From positions 1-64,000 of IMG/VR virus record IMGVR_UViG_3300036760_000336: 64,000 bases of DNA; one strand, 5' to 3'. Origin of the DNA: an uncultured virus (IMG/VR IMGVR_UViG_3300036760_000336) (lineage: Duplodnaviria > Heunggongvirae > Uroviricota > Caudoviricetes). Below, in pieces: positions 8,695-16,941 of the stretch; position 1 is the stretch's first letter; the number at the start of each line of letters is the position of its first letter. The notes beneath the pieces are model-generated. The model saw only the letters and a program-made list of their open reading frames with translations, did no database searches and was not told where the DNA came from. The position numbers and the translations under genes were made by a program.

Positions 8695-9423
8695 ATGAAT
8701 ACGTGGTCAAAAAATTGTCCTAAATGTAAACAGATACAGAGTTATGTATCACAGAAAGGACTTGATGCGGCAATTAGTAGAAATCTTCCATGTAAATCTT
8801 GTGGTCGTTTAGGAATTGGATTAGGAAAGAAATTTTCAGATGAACATCGAATGAAGTTGTCAGAAGCACATAAAGGTAAACAATGTGGTATTAATAACGG
8901 GAGATATGGAAAAAGATTTCCACATACAGAAGAAACCAAGCGGAAAATATCTGAAAACAGTCCGAAAATAATGTTGGGAAAACGTCATTCCGAAGAAACA
9001 AAACGAAAAATTGGTATATCAGGAAAAGGAAGAGTATGTTCGGAAGAAACTAAGCAGAAACATAGAATATGTATGGCCATCAAAATACAAAAATATGGAA
9101 CTTTGACAAAAAATTTCAATCCTAATGCATGTAAGTTTATTGATAATTTGAATAGATTGATGGGGATAGAGTTGCGACACGCATTGAATGGGGGCGAAGA
9201 AATAGTCAGTGGATATTTCGTTGATGGATATGATAAAAATAAAAATATTGTATTTGAATATGATGAACGGCGTCATAATCTTCCAGCTGTAAAAATAAAA
9301 GATGAAGTTAGACAGAAAACTATAATAGATAATTTGAATCCTATTTTGTTTCTTCGGTATGATGAAGTCGAAAAGAACCTGTATGATGTTATCACATCTA
9401 CCAAAATACCTATAATAATATGA
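8695..9423 (+). CDS. putative homing endonuclease: Zn finger + NUMOD3 repeats + PD-(D/E)XK-like domain
   Basis: CPKC..C..C, repeated HSEETKRKIS, FVDGYD..NIVFEYDE..H. Confidence 0.75.
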   Translation: MNTWSKNCPKCKQIQSYVSQKGLDAAISRNLPCKSCGRLGIGLGKKFSDEHRMKLSEAHKGKQCGINNGRYGKRFPHTEETKRKISENSPKIMLGKRHSEETKRKIGISGKGRVCSEETKQKHRICMAIKIQKYGTLTKNFNPNACKFIDNLNRLMGIELRHALNGGEEIVSGYFVDGYDKNKNIVFEYDERRHNLPAVKIKDEVRQKTIIDNLNPILFLRYDEVEKNLYDVITSTKIPIII

Positions 9424-10442
9424 GTTGGAAAGGAAATATTTCAAACCCCTCGCCCAATAGTGTACAAGAATCTATAAATAGGTCGGAAAAAGATATTGGA
9501 GATAATAGAGCAAATGTTGTTAGGAGGGATACGGACACTCAAAAAGATATCACCATCACTCTTTATGACATTGATGAGGCTATTTTATTGCAAATGGAAC
9601 AATTACAGCTTCAAGTAACCGATGTCGGTAAGAAAGTAAAAGTTCCCATTTTTTATGGTTCCCCCGAAAAATGGACTTCGGCACAAAGAGATGGGTATCT
9701 TCGTGATCAACAGGGAAAAATGATTCTGCCAGCAATTATTCTCCGAAGAACCAGTTCCGAAGGAGACGCCACTCTTCAATTTTTTAATCGCTATTTGGTC
9801 ACGCCAGTAAGAAAGTTGTATTCTCCAAAGAACCAATATACCAAATTTTCTGTTCTTATAGGGCAGAACGTGCCGGTCAACGAAATCTATAATATTATAG
9901 TGCCAAGTCATATGGTACTGATTTATCACTTCATTATATGGACTGAACTTGTCCAACAAATGAATGATCTGGTGTCGGCTATCCGATTTAATACAAACGA
10001 TTATTGGGGTAGTAAAAAGGGATTTCGTTTTCGTACTAGTGTTGATACCTATACTCATACCACAGAACTTCAAGCAACTGAGGATAGAATAGTCAAAACC
10101 GAATTTGATTTAAGAGCGCATGGATATATTCTGCCGGATACAATCACGAAGTTGGAAAAAACCAAGATGACTACGACCAAGATGTTTACTCCAAAGAAAA
10201 TAATTATGGGAGCCGAAGTAGTCTCAACTGGTTTTGATATGGAATCGGTAAATCAAAATCGTAAAAAATGGTATAATCCAAACTATCCAAACTTACAGGC
10301 AGATCTTCCGTTGCCAATATCTCCAACAACTATTGTCTCGGGCATTAGCGATGCATCAGATATAACTTCTCAAATTGTGACTACTCTAAAAAGTGTCACG
10401 GCAACTCCGGTCGTAAATCCTATCAATGTGGGGGTTGGATAA
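9420..10442 (+). CDS. tail terminator / tail completion protein (T4 gp15-like)
   Basis: KVPIFYGSPEKW...LPAI.L.R motif; position after the neck genes. Confidence 0.65.
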   Translation: MSWKGNISNPSPNSVQESINRSEKDIGDNRANVVRRDTDTQKDITITLYDIDEAILLQMEQLQLQVTDVGKKVKVPIFYGSPEKWTSAQRDGYLRDQQGKMILPAIILRRTSSEGDATLQFFNRYLVTPVRKLYSPKNQYTKFSVLIGQNVPVNEIYNIIVPSHMVLIYHFIIWTELVQQMNDLVSAIRFNTNDYWGSKKGFRFRTSVDTYTHTTELQATEDRIVKTEFDLRAHGYILPDTITKLEKTKMTTTKMFTPKKIIMGAEVVSTGFDMESVNQNRKKWYNPNYPNLQADLPLPISPTTIVSGISDASDITSQIVTTLKSVTATPVVNPINVGVG

Positions 10443-10689
10443 CATTGTTCCACTTTTGAGAGTTGTTCCTCCTCCAACAACTTTGAGTGCAATAGGAGAA
10501 GAAGGATATGTATCCTATGATTCTCAATATTTCTATATTTATACATCGGGGCAATGGAAAAGAGTGGCTATAGCGCAATTCACGCAAGTACCTGCATGTC
10601 GAGAAGGAACAGTATCATTTGACAATAAGTATTTTTATTTATATTCCAGTGGATCTTGGAATCGAGTTGCCATATCACAATTTCAATAG
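10426..10689 (+). CDS. small tail-fibre-associated repeat protein (possibly the frameshifted C-terminus of the upstream gene)
   Basis: two copies of G.VS(Y/F)D..YFY.Y.SG.W.RVAI.QF. Confidence 0.6.
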   Translation: MWGLDNIVPLLRVVPPPTTLSAIGEEGYVSYDSQYFYIYTSGQWKRVAIAQFTQVPACREGTVSFDNKYFYLYSSGSWNRVAISQFQ

Positions 10690-10692
10690 TGT

Positions 10693-11523
10693 ATGAGTCA
10701 AACCTATCAAAAAGCGAAAGATATATTTACCGAAAGAAAATCTTCTACAATGACGTTTGAGGAGTGGGCATTAATTGTACAACCTAATAGCGTTGTAGTA
10801 ATAAATGCAGCAAATGATTTGTCATTGCTTCCATTATCATCTTTTGCAAATTCTTTTTTTGTTAGCGCATCTTTATTTGCTTCCAGTAGTATAAGTTCAT
10901 CATATTCACTATATTCAGAAACTTCAAGTGTTCATATCAATAATGCAGATACAGCAAGTTATGTACTGAATGCGGTTAGTGCTTCCTATGCTCCACAGAC
11001 AGCATTTCCTAATACTATTGCTTCTGCGTCTTGGGTCTCGGCGTCGACACATATTACAATGGCTGATACAGCAAGTTATGTGGTTGGAACCGTAGCCTCA
11101 GCAACAAGTGCTTCATATGCCTCAACATCATCATGGACAGATAATGTTGTTAACGGACGTTCTATTATACTGTGTTCAGCATATACTCCGTTGATTTCAG
11201 GCCCGGATGCAGGCGAAGTTCCGGTGCCTTACTCACCACTGGATGGCACAACCTCATTAACATATACTATTAGACGATTGGTTTTTAGAGTTCAAACTCC
11301 CGCCTCATCAGACACAAGTTCGATTGACGTAGAAAAATCTGTGGGTAGTATTGGGTTCAATGCTATTACAATTGGATCACTTAATTTAACTTCAAGCACT
11401 TATATTGTAGTTAATACAGGTTCATTGGGTTATATAAATTCGGGGGACTTAATTAGATTCAATATTCAATCTCTCGGAAGTGCTATGAACTGGACTATAA
11501 TAGCAGAAATCTCATCACCTTAA
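10693..11523 (+). CDS. tail fibre-like protein with SASYA repeats
   Basis: Ser/Ala/Thr repeats; C-terminal domain of about 125 aa shared with 11544..13430. Confidence 0.6.
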   Translation: MSQTYQKAKDIFTERKSSTMTFEEWALIVQPNSVVVINAANDLSLLPLSSFANSFFVSASLFASSSISSSYSLYSETSSVHINNADTASYVLNAVSASYAPQTAFPNTIASASWVSASTHITMADTASYVVGTVASATSASYASTSSWTDNVVNGRSIILCSAYTPLISGPDAGEVPVPYSPLDGTTSLTYTIRRLVFRVQTPASSDTSSIDVEKSVGSIGFNAITIGSLNLTSSTYIVVNTGSLGYINSGDLIRFNIQSLGSAMNWTIIAEISSP

Positions 11524-11543
11524 ACTATTTATTTTTAAGAAAT

Positions 11544-13430
11544 ATGTCATTTACTGCAACGCCAAACAAACTTGATTCTGCATTTGTCCAGCGGAATACG
11601 GCTAATCAGTATTATGAACAAATCAATGTCTCCGGTTCCGATTTAATTTTCTATCATTCTTCAAGTGGCATATTTACGGCAGATCAAATTTCTGTTTGGG
11701 CAGCAAAATATGGAATCGGAACTGGTGGATCTGGTAGTATATCAGCTTCATATGCCATAACGGCTTCTTATGCATTAAGTGGCGGGAGTGGTGGAGGAGT
11801 AACTCCAGGCGGTTCATATAATATATCTTGTTCTTACGCCTCCGGTAGTACATCATCCTCATTTGCTACGTCTGCATCTTACATTACCGCATCTAATATT
11901 GCTGGAACTATAACCAGTGCTTCATATGCCATTTCTGCTTCTTATGCACCACAAATTCCATTCCCTAATACTATTGCTTCGGCATCTTGGGCATCTAGCT
12001 CGATCTCCAGTTCACAAGCTAATACAGCATCTTTTATCACTGCATCTAACGTGGTTGGAACCATAACTTCTGCTTCATTTGCGATAAGCGCATCGTATGC
12101 TCCGTTTAGTGATAATCCAAATGCCATATCTGCCTCTTGGGCTTCTTCAAGCATTTCTTCAAGTTATGCTGATACTGCTTCTTATGCCTTAAATGCTGGT
12201 AATGCCTATGCAATCAACTTTATTCCAGCAGTAGCCACGAGTGCTTCTTGGGTATCTGCTAGTGTCAAGATCACAACAGCAGATACGGCCTCATATGTCA
12301 CCGGATCAAATGTAAATGGAGAAGTATTAAGTGCTGGAACGGCGACGACAGCAACCAGTTCTTCGTTCGCTTCGGAATCAATATCAGCAAGTTATTCAAC
12401 AAATGCGGAAACGGCATATGCGATTAATTTCATTCCAGTAGTGGCCACAAGTGCATCGTGGGTTTCGGCTTCTGTTAAAATTACAACTGCCGATACAGCA
12501 TCCTATATCAATGCATCCAATGTTATAGGGATAGTTGCCAGTGCTTCTTATGCGACAACATCATCTTATATGGTGATAACAATGGTTGCTTCTGCATCAT
12601 GGGCATCAAGTTCGATTTCTAGTTCGCAAGCTGCTACGGCTTCATTATTGATTGAAAATGGAGTAATATCCAATATGTTTCCATACTGGAATAATAATAT
12701 TCTCACTACTTCGAGTATTCTCCAATTTACTTCTTCCACTCTCAATGGAAATCAACTTAAAGTGGGGCCAGAAGTAACTTATGGAGATTATTTGCTTATA
12801 GGAGGAAAAGCCAATTTTACTCAAGAAGGTCAAAGAATATCAGCAGATGTGGGAAATCTTTTCATTGATACAAGTGGTTCGGCAAACAAAGTTTATTTGA
12901 ACTTTTATGGTGGTGGAGATGTAATTACAAATGTAAATGGAGGAAAATTAGGAGTAAATACCTCTGCCCCAAATGCTCAACTTGATGTTAATGGTAATAT
13001 CCATGCTAATAGCATTACAAGTTCTCTAGATGGAACCGCTAGTTGGGCAAACAATGTTGTTAGTGGACGTTCTATTATGTTATGTTCAGCTTACACCCCA
13101 CTAATCTCAGGCCCAGATATAGGTGAAGTTCCAGTGCCTTATTCGCCGTTAGACGGTACAACATCATTAATTTATACAGTTAGACGATTAGTTTTCAGGG
13201 TACAAACTTCCGCCAATGATACGTCTATAATTGCAATTGAGAAATCAACCGGCACTGGTGGATTTTCGGCTACAACCATTGGCTCTGTAACATTATCCTC
13301 TGGTAGTTATGAGGCATATAATACGGGTTCTTTGGGTACGATAAACAGTGGGGATAAGTTAAGGTTTAATATAACAACACTCGGAAGTGCCCAAAACTGG
13401 ATCACAATTTGCGAAATCTCGTCGCCTTGA
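11544..13430 (+). CDS. tail fibre-like protein with SASYA/SASW repeats
   Basis: many SAS(Y/W/F)A repeats, GKLGVNTSAPNAQLDVNG fibre-like motif, shared C-terminal domain. Confidence 0.65.
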   Translation: MSFTATPNKLDSAFVQRNTANQYYEQINVSGSDLIFYHSSSGIFTADQISVWAAKYGIGTGGSGSISASYAITASYALSGGSGGGVTPGGSYNISCSYASGSTSSSFATSASYITASNIAGTITSASYAISASYAPQIPFPNTIASASWASSSISSSQANTASFITASNVVGTITSASFAISASYAPFSDNPNAISASWASSSISSSYADTASYALNAGNAYAINFIPAVATSASWVSASVKITTADTASYVTGSNVNGEVLSAGTATTATSSSFASESISASYSTNAETAYAINFIPVVATSASWVSASVKITTADTASYINASNVIGIVASASYATTSSYMVITMVASASWASSSISSSQAATASLLIENGVISNMFPYWNNNILTTSSILQFTSSTLNGNQLKVGPEVTYGDYLLIGGKANFTQEGQRISADVGNLFIDTSGSANKVYLNFYGGGDVITNVNGGKLGVNTSAPNAQLDVNGNIHANSITSSLDGTASWANNVVSGRSIMLCSAYTPLISGPDIGEVPVPYSPLDGTTSLIYTVRRLVFRVQTSANDTSIIAIEKSTGTGGFSATTIGSVTLSSGSYEAYNTGSLGTINSGDKLRFNITTLGSAQNWITICEISSP

Positions 13431-13438
13431 TATTTATA
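13430..13438 (+). promoter_or_regulatory. candidate late promoter ATATTTATA
   Basis: recurrent motif 4 nt before ATG 13443. Confidence 0.5.
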
Positions 13439-13442
13439 GCAT

Positions 13443-14378
13443 ATGCCGACATCACATTTTACTATTTTTCGTAATTCAGATACCAATGCGCCAGCATTAA
13501 ATGGTCAATCCGGTAGTTTGGTTTCAATATTGGATTATGTATTAGTAACTGGTTCTGGTTGGATAAAATCTTTTAGCGGCACTAATAGTGCGGTTTATCA
13601 TATGCCGACTGGTTCTGGATTTTATTTGAATGTCCAAGACACCGCAATAACAACTTCTAAGGAAGCTCAAATATGGGGTTATGAAGTGGCAACTGCTCAG
13701 AATATTGGAACCAATCAGTTTCCTTCTATGAGCCAAGGAATAAATAATAACGGATATCTTCCTGTAAGAAAAAGCTCAACGGCGGATTCGACTTCCAGAA
13801 CATGGATTGTCTTTGCTGATTCAATGAGTTTTTATTTCTACAATATTACCGGGGATAGCAGCGCCACTACTACATACTTAGGATGGCAATTTGGAGATTT
13901 TTATTCATTCAAATCAAACGATCCATATAGATGTATAATACAGGGAAGAACGTCAGAAAATGCTATTGCTACCAATGCTAATGCCTTGGAAATTTTATCT
14001 TTGCTAAATACAACAGTGACAAGCGTATATGTTGCCCGGTCCTATCTTGCTGGCCCGAATAGTAATAGTTTGGCGGTTGGAAAACACGGCGATGGTGCTA
14101 AAGGTTCAACCACAATAATGAATGGGACTACCCAATATCCCAACCTCCCAGATAATGCTTTGTATATGAGTCCAGTATGGATTACCGAGCCTAGTACTAA
14201 TACACTAAGAGGTCAAATGAGAGGATTTTATCAAATACTCCACGCTCAAGGACGTTTTTCAGACGGAGAACAATTTACTGGTTCCAATTCTTTCGTAAGT
14301 AAATCGTTTTATATATTACCCGGAACCAATACAGGACTTTATTGCATGGAAACCAGTAATACAATTTTAACAAACTAA
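13443..14378 (+). CDS. virion structural/tail-associated protein, paralog A
   Basis: APALNGQSGSLVSILD.VLVTG; end-to-end similarity to 14380..15324. Confidence 0.65.
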   Translation: MPTSHFTIFRNSDTNAPALNGQSGSLVSILDYVLVTGSGWIKSFSGTNSAVYHMPTGSGFYLNVQDTAITTSKEAQIWGYEVATAQNIGTNQFPSMSQGINNNGYLPVRKSSTADSTSRTWIVFADSMSFYFYNITGDSSATTTYLGWQFGDFYSFKSNDPYRCIIQGRTSENAIATNANALEILSLLNTTVTSVYVARSYLAGPNSNSLAVGKHGDGAKGSTTIMNGTTQYPNLPDNALYMSPVWITEPSTNTLRGQMRGFYQILHAQGRFSDGEQFTGSNSFVSKSFYILPGTNTGLYCMETSNTILTN

Positions 14379-14379
14379 T

Positions 14380-15324
14380 ATGTCATATCAATTCACAATC
14401 ATAAAATCAACTAATGTAGGCGCTCCAACACTTAACGGTCAATCGGGAAGTCTTGTCGCAGTTTTGGATTTTTGTTTAACCGGCTCAGTAACCGGATGGA
14501 CAAGAACATTTACAAGTTCAAGTTCAGGAACAGTAACAAGAGCACAATACCAAATGCCATCTGGCTCAAGAATGTCCATCAATATTCAAGATGATGCCAT
14601 TGGAACGGGTGGAGCGAAGGAAGCAAGAATATTTGCTTTTGAAAGTGGTTCTGCAATTGATGCCGGTTCTGGTCAGTTTCCATTAGCAGGGCAGGGTGTT
14701 GCAGGCACGGGTGGATATTTAATAGCAAGAAAGAGCACAAGTGCTGATACAACGGCAAGAGTATGGCAATGTTTTGCTGATAGTTCTACCTTCTACTTTT
14801 TTGCACAAACCGGAGACCAGGCTAGTACCTATGAAGCATTTATGTTTGGAGATATTTATTCTTTAAAATCTAATGACCTATATAGATGCATAATCATCGG
14901 TAGAGCATCTGAAAACACCACAGCAACCGAAACTACGGACACTTTAGCAGCAATAAATACTGCGGTAGCTGGACATTATATGTCAAGAACATATGGCGGT
15001 GGAGGAGTTTCAACTGCTGTAGGGAAACATGGCGATGCAGTCAAAGGTTCTACTACAGCGTTAAACGGAACAGTTCAATATCCTAATGGTCCCGATGGAA
15101 CAATGTATATCTCGCCAGTGTGGGTTCATGAAAATGCTTCGTCGACAGTCAGAGGCAGATTGCGAGGATCTTATCAAATATGTCATGCAATTGCTAATTT
15201 TAGTGATGGTGATACTTTTAACGGAAGTTCAACGTTGGTAGGTAAAACTTTTCAAATTCTAAAAAGTAGTTGTAATGCTGGTGTATATTGCATAGAAACT
15301 TCTGCAACTCTGGAGACAAATTAA
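14380..15324 (+). CDS. virion structural/tail-associated protein, paralog B
   Basis: APTLNGQSGSLVAVLD; shares RKS..AD, FGD.YS.KSND.YRCII.GR and VGKHGD..KGST with 13443..14378. Confidence 0.65.
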   Translation: MSYQFTIIKSTNVGAPTLNGQSGSLVAVLDFCLTGSVTGWTRTFTSSSSGTVTRAQYQMPSGSRMSINIQDDAIGTGGAKEARIFAFESGSAIDAGSGQFPLAGQGVAGTGGYLIARKSTSADTTARVWQCFADSSTFYFFAQTGDQASTYEAFMFGDIYSLKSNDLYRCIIIGRASENTTATETTDTLAAINTAVAGHYMSRTYGGGGVSTAVGKHGDAVKGSTTALNGTVQYPNGPDGTMYISPVWVHENASSTVRGRLRGSYQICHAIANFSDGDTFNGSSTLVGKTFQILKSSCNAGVYCIETSATLETN

Positions 15325-15330
15325 CATAAC

Positions 15331-15795
15331 ATGAGTGCTTTAGCTTATAGTGGTTCAAATGGATGTTTAGCCGATGCGGGTAAAATAGGTGTTCTAAAAG
15401 CACTTAATCTCGGTGGTCAAATCGCTTATATAAATGGTATAACCGAATATTTCACTGATGGTTCTCCTGCGGCACCGTGTATGCAAATTGCTATTCCTAA
15501 TAGTTTTCGTTTTCGTTGGGTCATTCATACAGGTGTAAATACAATACAGGTAAATGCCAAACAAGTTGTTAATCAAAATCCAAGACCTAGTATAACCGTA
15601 AGAGCAAATTCATCAATAGGCATACCGAATGATATTATTGCTTATGCTCCGAGTGGAAATGGATGGACAACTACTAATACTATTACTATAAATAATACAT
15701 CAGGAAATAAAGGAGCGGTGTATGTTGATTTAGCAAATAACTACGGTGGACAATCTAATACACCAGCCTATTTTGACCATATTGTAACCAGCTAG
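15331..15795 (+). CDS. hypothetical beta-rich virion-associated protein
   Basis: 154-aa ORF in the tail operon. Confidence 0.6.
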   Translation: MSALAYSGSNGCLADAGKIGVLKALNLGGQIAYINGITEYFTDGSPAAPCMQIAIPNSFRFRWVIHTGVNTIQVNAKQVVNQNPRPSITVRANSSIGIPNDIIAYAPSGNGWTTTNTITINNTSGNKGAVYVDLANNYGGQSNTPAYFDHIVTS

Positions 15796-15821
15796 TATAA
15801 TAACTTGAAAAGAGACATAAA

Positions 15822-16332
15822 ATGAAGTACAATATTGTCAATATGAAGGAAATCCAATTAGCAAATAATAAAGGTGTTGTTTTTATTGATAATAAAGATT
15901 ACGATTTAGTATTACAATATAAATGGTGTTTGCCTACTCGTGATAAATATCCAACAATCTCAATTCATGCTGGATATTATAAACAAAAATAAATCAAAAT
16001 GCATCATCTAATCCTTCCACTTACAAAAGATGTGGAAATAGACCATATCAATCATAATGGCTTAGATAATAGACGTTGTAATTTGAGATTAGTAACACAT
16101 CAACAAAATATTCAAAATACATCAGTTCGTAAACAGAAAAAAAACTTCTAAATACAAAGGTGTATCTTGGTTTAAGAGAGATAGCACTTGGAGAGCATAT
16201 ATAGGAAAAGATTGTAGTGGGAAACAGACGCATCTTGGATATTTTAACACAGAGATAGAAGCAGCAAGGGCATACAATGAAGCTGCAACAAAATACTTTG
16301 GTAAATATGCTTGTTTAAACGAAGGATTATAA
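15822..16332 (+). pseudogene. HNH-AP2 homing endonuclease, disrupted by in-frame TAA (15990-15992) and a frameshift at the A8 run (16137-16144)
   Basis: manual translation: ...MHHLI...IDHINHNGLDNRRCNLR (HNH), then after the shift SKYKGVSW...W.AYI...HLGYF..E.EAARAYN.AA..YFG.YA.LN (AP2). Confidence 0.85.
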
Positions 16333-16333
16333 T

Positions 16334-16492
16334 ATGACGGTTAACGAAATCGATGTTTGGATGAATAATGTGCCCGTGATTGAACAGGCTGGCGATTATG
16401 ACTTTGCTACCTGGCTTGATGGTGTTCCTGTATTGGAACAAGGTGGACAGGGTGGCTCTGGATTGGAAAGACGCAGAGCAGAAATATTCTAA
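16334..16492 (+). CDS. 52-aa hypothetical protein with internal duplication (not in ORF track)
   Basis: MTVNEIDVWMNNVPVIEQAGDYDFATWLDGVPVLEQGGQGGSGLERRRAEIF. Confidence 0.6.
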   Translation: MTVNEIDVWMNNVPVIEQAGDYDFATWLDGVPVLEQGGQGGSGLERRRAEIF

Positions 16493-16540
16493 TCCATAAA
16501 CTTTATTAACCCTCAACAATATGTATAAAAAGTAAATCAT

Positions 16541-16849
16541 ATGTCACAGTCAATCAAAATTACAGAGTCGGAATTTGCGGAGATTAAAATGCTTCAAAAC
16601 AAATTTCAGGAAAGTATTCAACGACTTGGTTTGTTAGGTGTTGAAAAAATGGAATTAGATCGCCTAGTAACTGAGTTTGTCGAGAAAGAAAAAAAGTTGA
16701 AAGATGAGTGGATTAGCCTTCAAAAATTGGAACAAGGACTTCTCGATAAGATCATAGCCAAATACGGAGAAGGAAATCTTTCTATGTCAGATGGAACTTT
16801 TATCCCATCAATTATAGCACAAGCTCCGTTGGTCAAAGGAACGGTATAA
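16541..16849 (+). CDS. small coiled-coil hypothetical protein
   Basis: heptad-rich, ends KYGEGNLSMSDGTF; directly upstream of the sheath gene. Confidence 0.7.
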   Translation: MSQSIKITESEFAEIKMLQNKFQESIQRLGLLGVEKMELDRLVTEFVEKEKKLKDEWISLQKLEQGLLDKIIAKYGEGNLSMSDGTFIPSIIAQAPLVKGTV

Positions 16850-16876
16850 ATATTTGCATCTTCATGTTTTTGGCAG

Positions 16877-16885
16877 ATATTTATA
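16877..16885 (+). promoter_or_regulatory. candidate late promoter ATATTTATA
   Basis: upstream of the tail sheath gene. Confidence 0.6.
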
Positions 16886-16941
16886 ACTGAATAACAACTT
16901 TCTTTAGAGACCAACAATCGTATTGAAAGAAGGACAAATAT

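Noticed and set aside
11700..12650. CRISPR-like or tandem DNA repeat array
   Set aside because: The repeats exist at the peptide level (SASYA) with divergent codons; there are no identical repeats with unique spacers and no cas genes.
10693..15324. Diversity-generating retroelement template/variable repeats in the fibre genes
   Set aside because: Differences between copies are mostly synonymous and not adenine-specific, both copies are coding, and no reverse transcriptase is in the window.
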